From: Takakia lepidozioides
Lineage: Eukaryota > Plantae > Bryophyta
NCBI GenBank assembly: GCA_030704615.1
Contig: CM060732.1
Span: 55,800,001 to 55,864,000 of the forward strand
Reading direction: 5' to 3'
Length of the DNA stretch: 64,000 nucleotides
A program made the translations under genes and the position numbers. The notes beneath the pieces were generated by a model. That model worked only from the letters and a program-made list of their open reading frames with translations. It was not told the origin of the DNA and did no database searches. Positions 61,493 through 64,000 of this stretch are shown piece by piece. Every line of letters starts with the position of its first letter. The stretch's first letter is position 1.

Positions 61493-64000
61493 ATGCAACA
61501 ACTGGAAGAGAGAAATAAGAAGGTGGTTCCAATTTCAAGAGACCTTGAAGGATCACATGCGTTGGACAGGGCTATCAGTTTAGCCGAGGATGGAGCGATT
61601 GATTATCGAGGGAAGCCCGTAAATAAGAAGACTACCGGTCGATTGAAGGCCAATTTCTTCATCATAGGTACGGAATATTCATGCACGCCAATGAGATGTG
61701 TACAGTCAAACAATTGGATATCCAAAATTTATCAATGAATCCCATCGTCTAGCACAATTTGGGGGAGGTCACATGTGAAGATATTAGCAGTCATGTAGAG
61801 GGCTCGAATATCCTGAGGATACTAGACTATATGTACACTCTTAATTTATGTGCACTATGATGTAGCTTTACAGTATTCTGCACAAAAGGATACATGCCAC
61901 GCCATGGTTCTCTTTACTGTACAGTATATATAACTCGTGCTTGCAACTCGTATATGTACTCTGGGCGGTCACCACTGGTGCCAGTAAATATCAAAAGGGT
62001 GGTTCGATCCGAGAAATATCAACAAAGAGTGAGTTTTTCAGTGGACTATGCAACAGGAATGGAGTTCGGTGAGAGACTGGCTTTCTATGGGATATCCGCG
62101 AATCTGGTCAATTACCTCACCAGTGTGTTGCACGAGGGTACAGCACCATCAGCAAAAAATGTGAATAACTGGATTGGTGCCACATTCATTGCGCCTCTAC
62201 TTGGAGCTTTTCTTGCAGATGCATACTGGGGTCGCTTCTGGACAATCTTAATTTGCGGATCTGTGTACTTTGTGGTGAGTATTACAAGAATATTCTTGCG
62301 CACTGTGTACTCAAGAATTAACGTCTTAATTATGCTTCAAGTAAGCTGTCCGAACGTTGCTAGTTAGTATTGGGAGGACTCTCAGATCATAACTTCCCGA
62401 TCGAAATTTGCTTCTACAAATATTCTGACCGGTATACGATATTAATGACTTCAGTTTCTGTTTTTTCATGAATATCTCGATGCAGGGATTGATCATGTTG
62501 ACACTCTCAGTTACAGTGCATGCTTTCAAGCCCCCAGAGTGTCCAACTTACATGGAGGATAATGCTAGCTGCCCACGAGCTACCACTACCCAAGTGGAGT
62601 TTTTCTATTTTGCTCTCTACCTGATGTCTCTCGGTTCGGGAACGATGAAGCCTTGCATAGCATCATTTGGTGCTGACCAATTCGATGAGGAGGACAAGAT
62701 AGAGAACAAAATGAAGAAATCGTTTTTCAATTGGTGGGTTTTTGGTATTAGCATTGGTGGCTTGATATCCGCTACTGTAATGGTTTATATCCAAGACATC
62801 AGCTGGGGCTGGGGATTTGGAGTGCCTACGGCGACGATGGGAATATTTCTATGTATATATGTCTCCGGGCTTCGATTCTACAGGCATAAGCGACCAAATG
62901 GAAGTCCATTCACCCAGATTGCCCAGGTGCTGGTTGCAGCAGTTCGAAAATGGAATGTAGAGGTACCTAAGTCAGATTCCGCTTTGTTGTATGAGATTCA
63001 AGACCATGAGTCTCTGCTGTTGGGTAGGCGTCCCATTCCACATTCCATTACATTTAGGTAAGACTCTATACACTTTAAGGTTCTTATTTGTTTCTAGAAC
63101 TTAACCGGTGTGCACATAGATGAATTGGAAGAAATCCTGGGGCACGGACGTAGGAGTTTCTTCTTACATTATGGTGCATGCTTTCAGATATGAATGAGTA
63201 TCCATTCCATTCTGTAATTGTCAAGTTGGGAATCTTCAGTAGATATGAAGCTTCAGTAACTTGGACATTGTTAATGTTCAGTCTTATCTCAAATTCTTAA
63301 ACTGCCGCAGGTTTCTTGATAAAGCAGCAATGCTGGAAGACAGATCCAAGTTCGATGTATTAAATCCGGCGGATTCAAGCAGTCCGTGGAGACTGTGCAC
63401 CGTAACGCAGGTGGAGGAAGTGAAGCTTGTGCTCCGCTTGCTGCCTATTTGGATTGCAGCCTTGGTATTTGCAACGTTGCCAGCACAGATTTCTACATTT
63501 TACACACGGCAAGGAACCACTCTCAATGTTAACGTCGGCCCTCATTTAAAAATCCCTGCCGCCTCATTGCAAAGTTTTATTCCGATATCCATCGTCACTT
63601 TAATCCCTCTTTACGACCAAGTCCTTGTTCCAGCCGTCCGCCGGTTCACAGGCAATGTGCGAGGTATTACAATGCTGCAGCGGATTGGCATCGGTCTAGT
63701 AATTTCCCTTGTTTCGATGGTGGCTGCAGCCGTGACAGAGATCAAGAGAGTCCAGGTACGTGTACTATTTTCCCACTTCTATCAAAGCTCTAGATAATAT
63801 AATCGACACCACTGCCTGTGATTGCATGCGGCATTCACCAGGAGTCAAGGCCCGTAAGTCTAAGATTAGCATATTACGCAGGTGCTACCGCATGGAGTTA
63901 TTAGAATTTAGCATTGCCTTTGTCCTCTGACACGATTTACGGACCTTATTTCTGGGGTGAATCTTCAGGTGGCAAAACATCATGGTCTTCTTGATAAACC
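61493..64000 (+). CDS. NPF: NRT1/PTR family (NPF) nitrate/peptide transporter, apparently intact, continues beyond the window
   Basis: Exons 61493-61667, 62057-62274, 62486-63057, 63311-63755 and 63969->64000 splice in frame via GT-AG. Motifs EFGER (ExxER), GAFLADAYWGRF, FGADQFD, KSFFNWW, WRLCTVTQVEEVK and LQRIGIG. Confidence 0.92.

Overview
Eukaryotic land-plant genomic DNA. The spliceosomal introns, PLS-type PPR fragment and NPF transporters show this; a non-seed plant such as a bryophyte is my inference only. The first ~44 kb is a nest of decayed transposable elements. (1) A long non-LTR retrotransposon on + (~2.9-9.2 kb) whose polyprotein reads APE endonuclease - RT - chromodomain - PCIF1/CAPAM-like adenine-methyltransferase fold - RNase H. 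The PD-(D/E)xK restriction-like endonuclease and structured 3' end it lacks lie just upstream on the minus strand (1.4-1.96 kb), giving a Dualen/RandI-type dual-endonuclease LINE with two unusual extra modules. (2) A ~6.4-kb inverted duplication (9439-15868 / 32221-38708) around a 16.3-kb spacer, with a junction pattern that fits a staggered-break inversion. (3) An internally deleted chromovirus Ty3/gypsy element (35298-42253) carrying a complete non-autonomous CACTA element in gag and a DDE-transposase fragment inside its 5' LTR. (4) A frameshifted RRM-like ORF (28.1-30.1 kb), orphan ORFs and several tandem arrays. The last 20 kb holds an NPF (NRT1/PTR) pseudogene, a 5'-truncated Ty1/copia element and a second, apparently intact NPF gene that runs off the window end. 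All domain calls come from reading motifs by eye; no database search was run.
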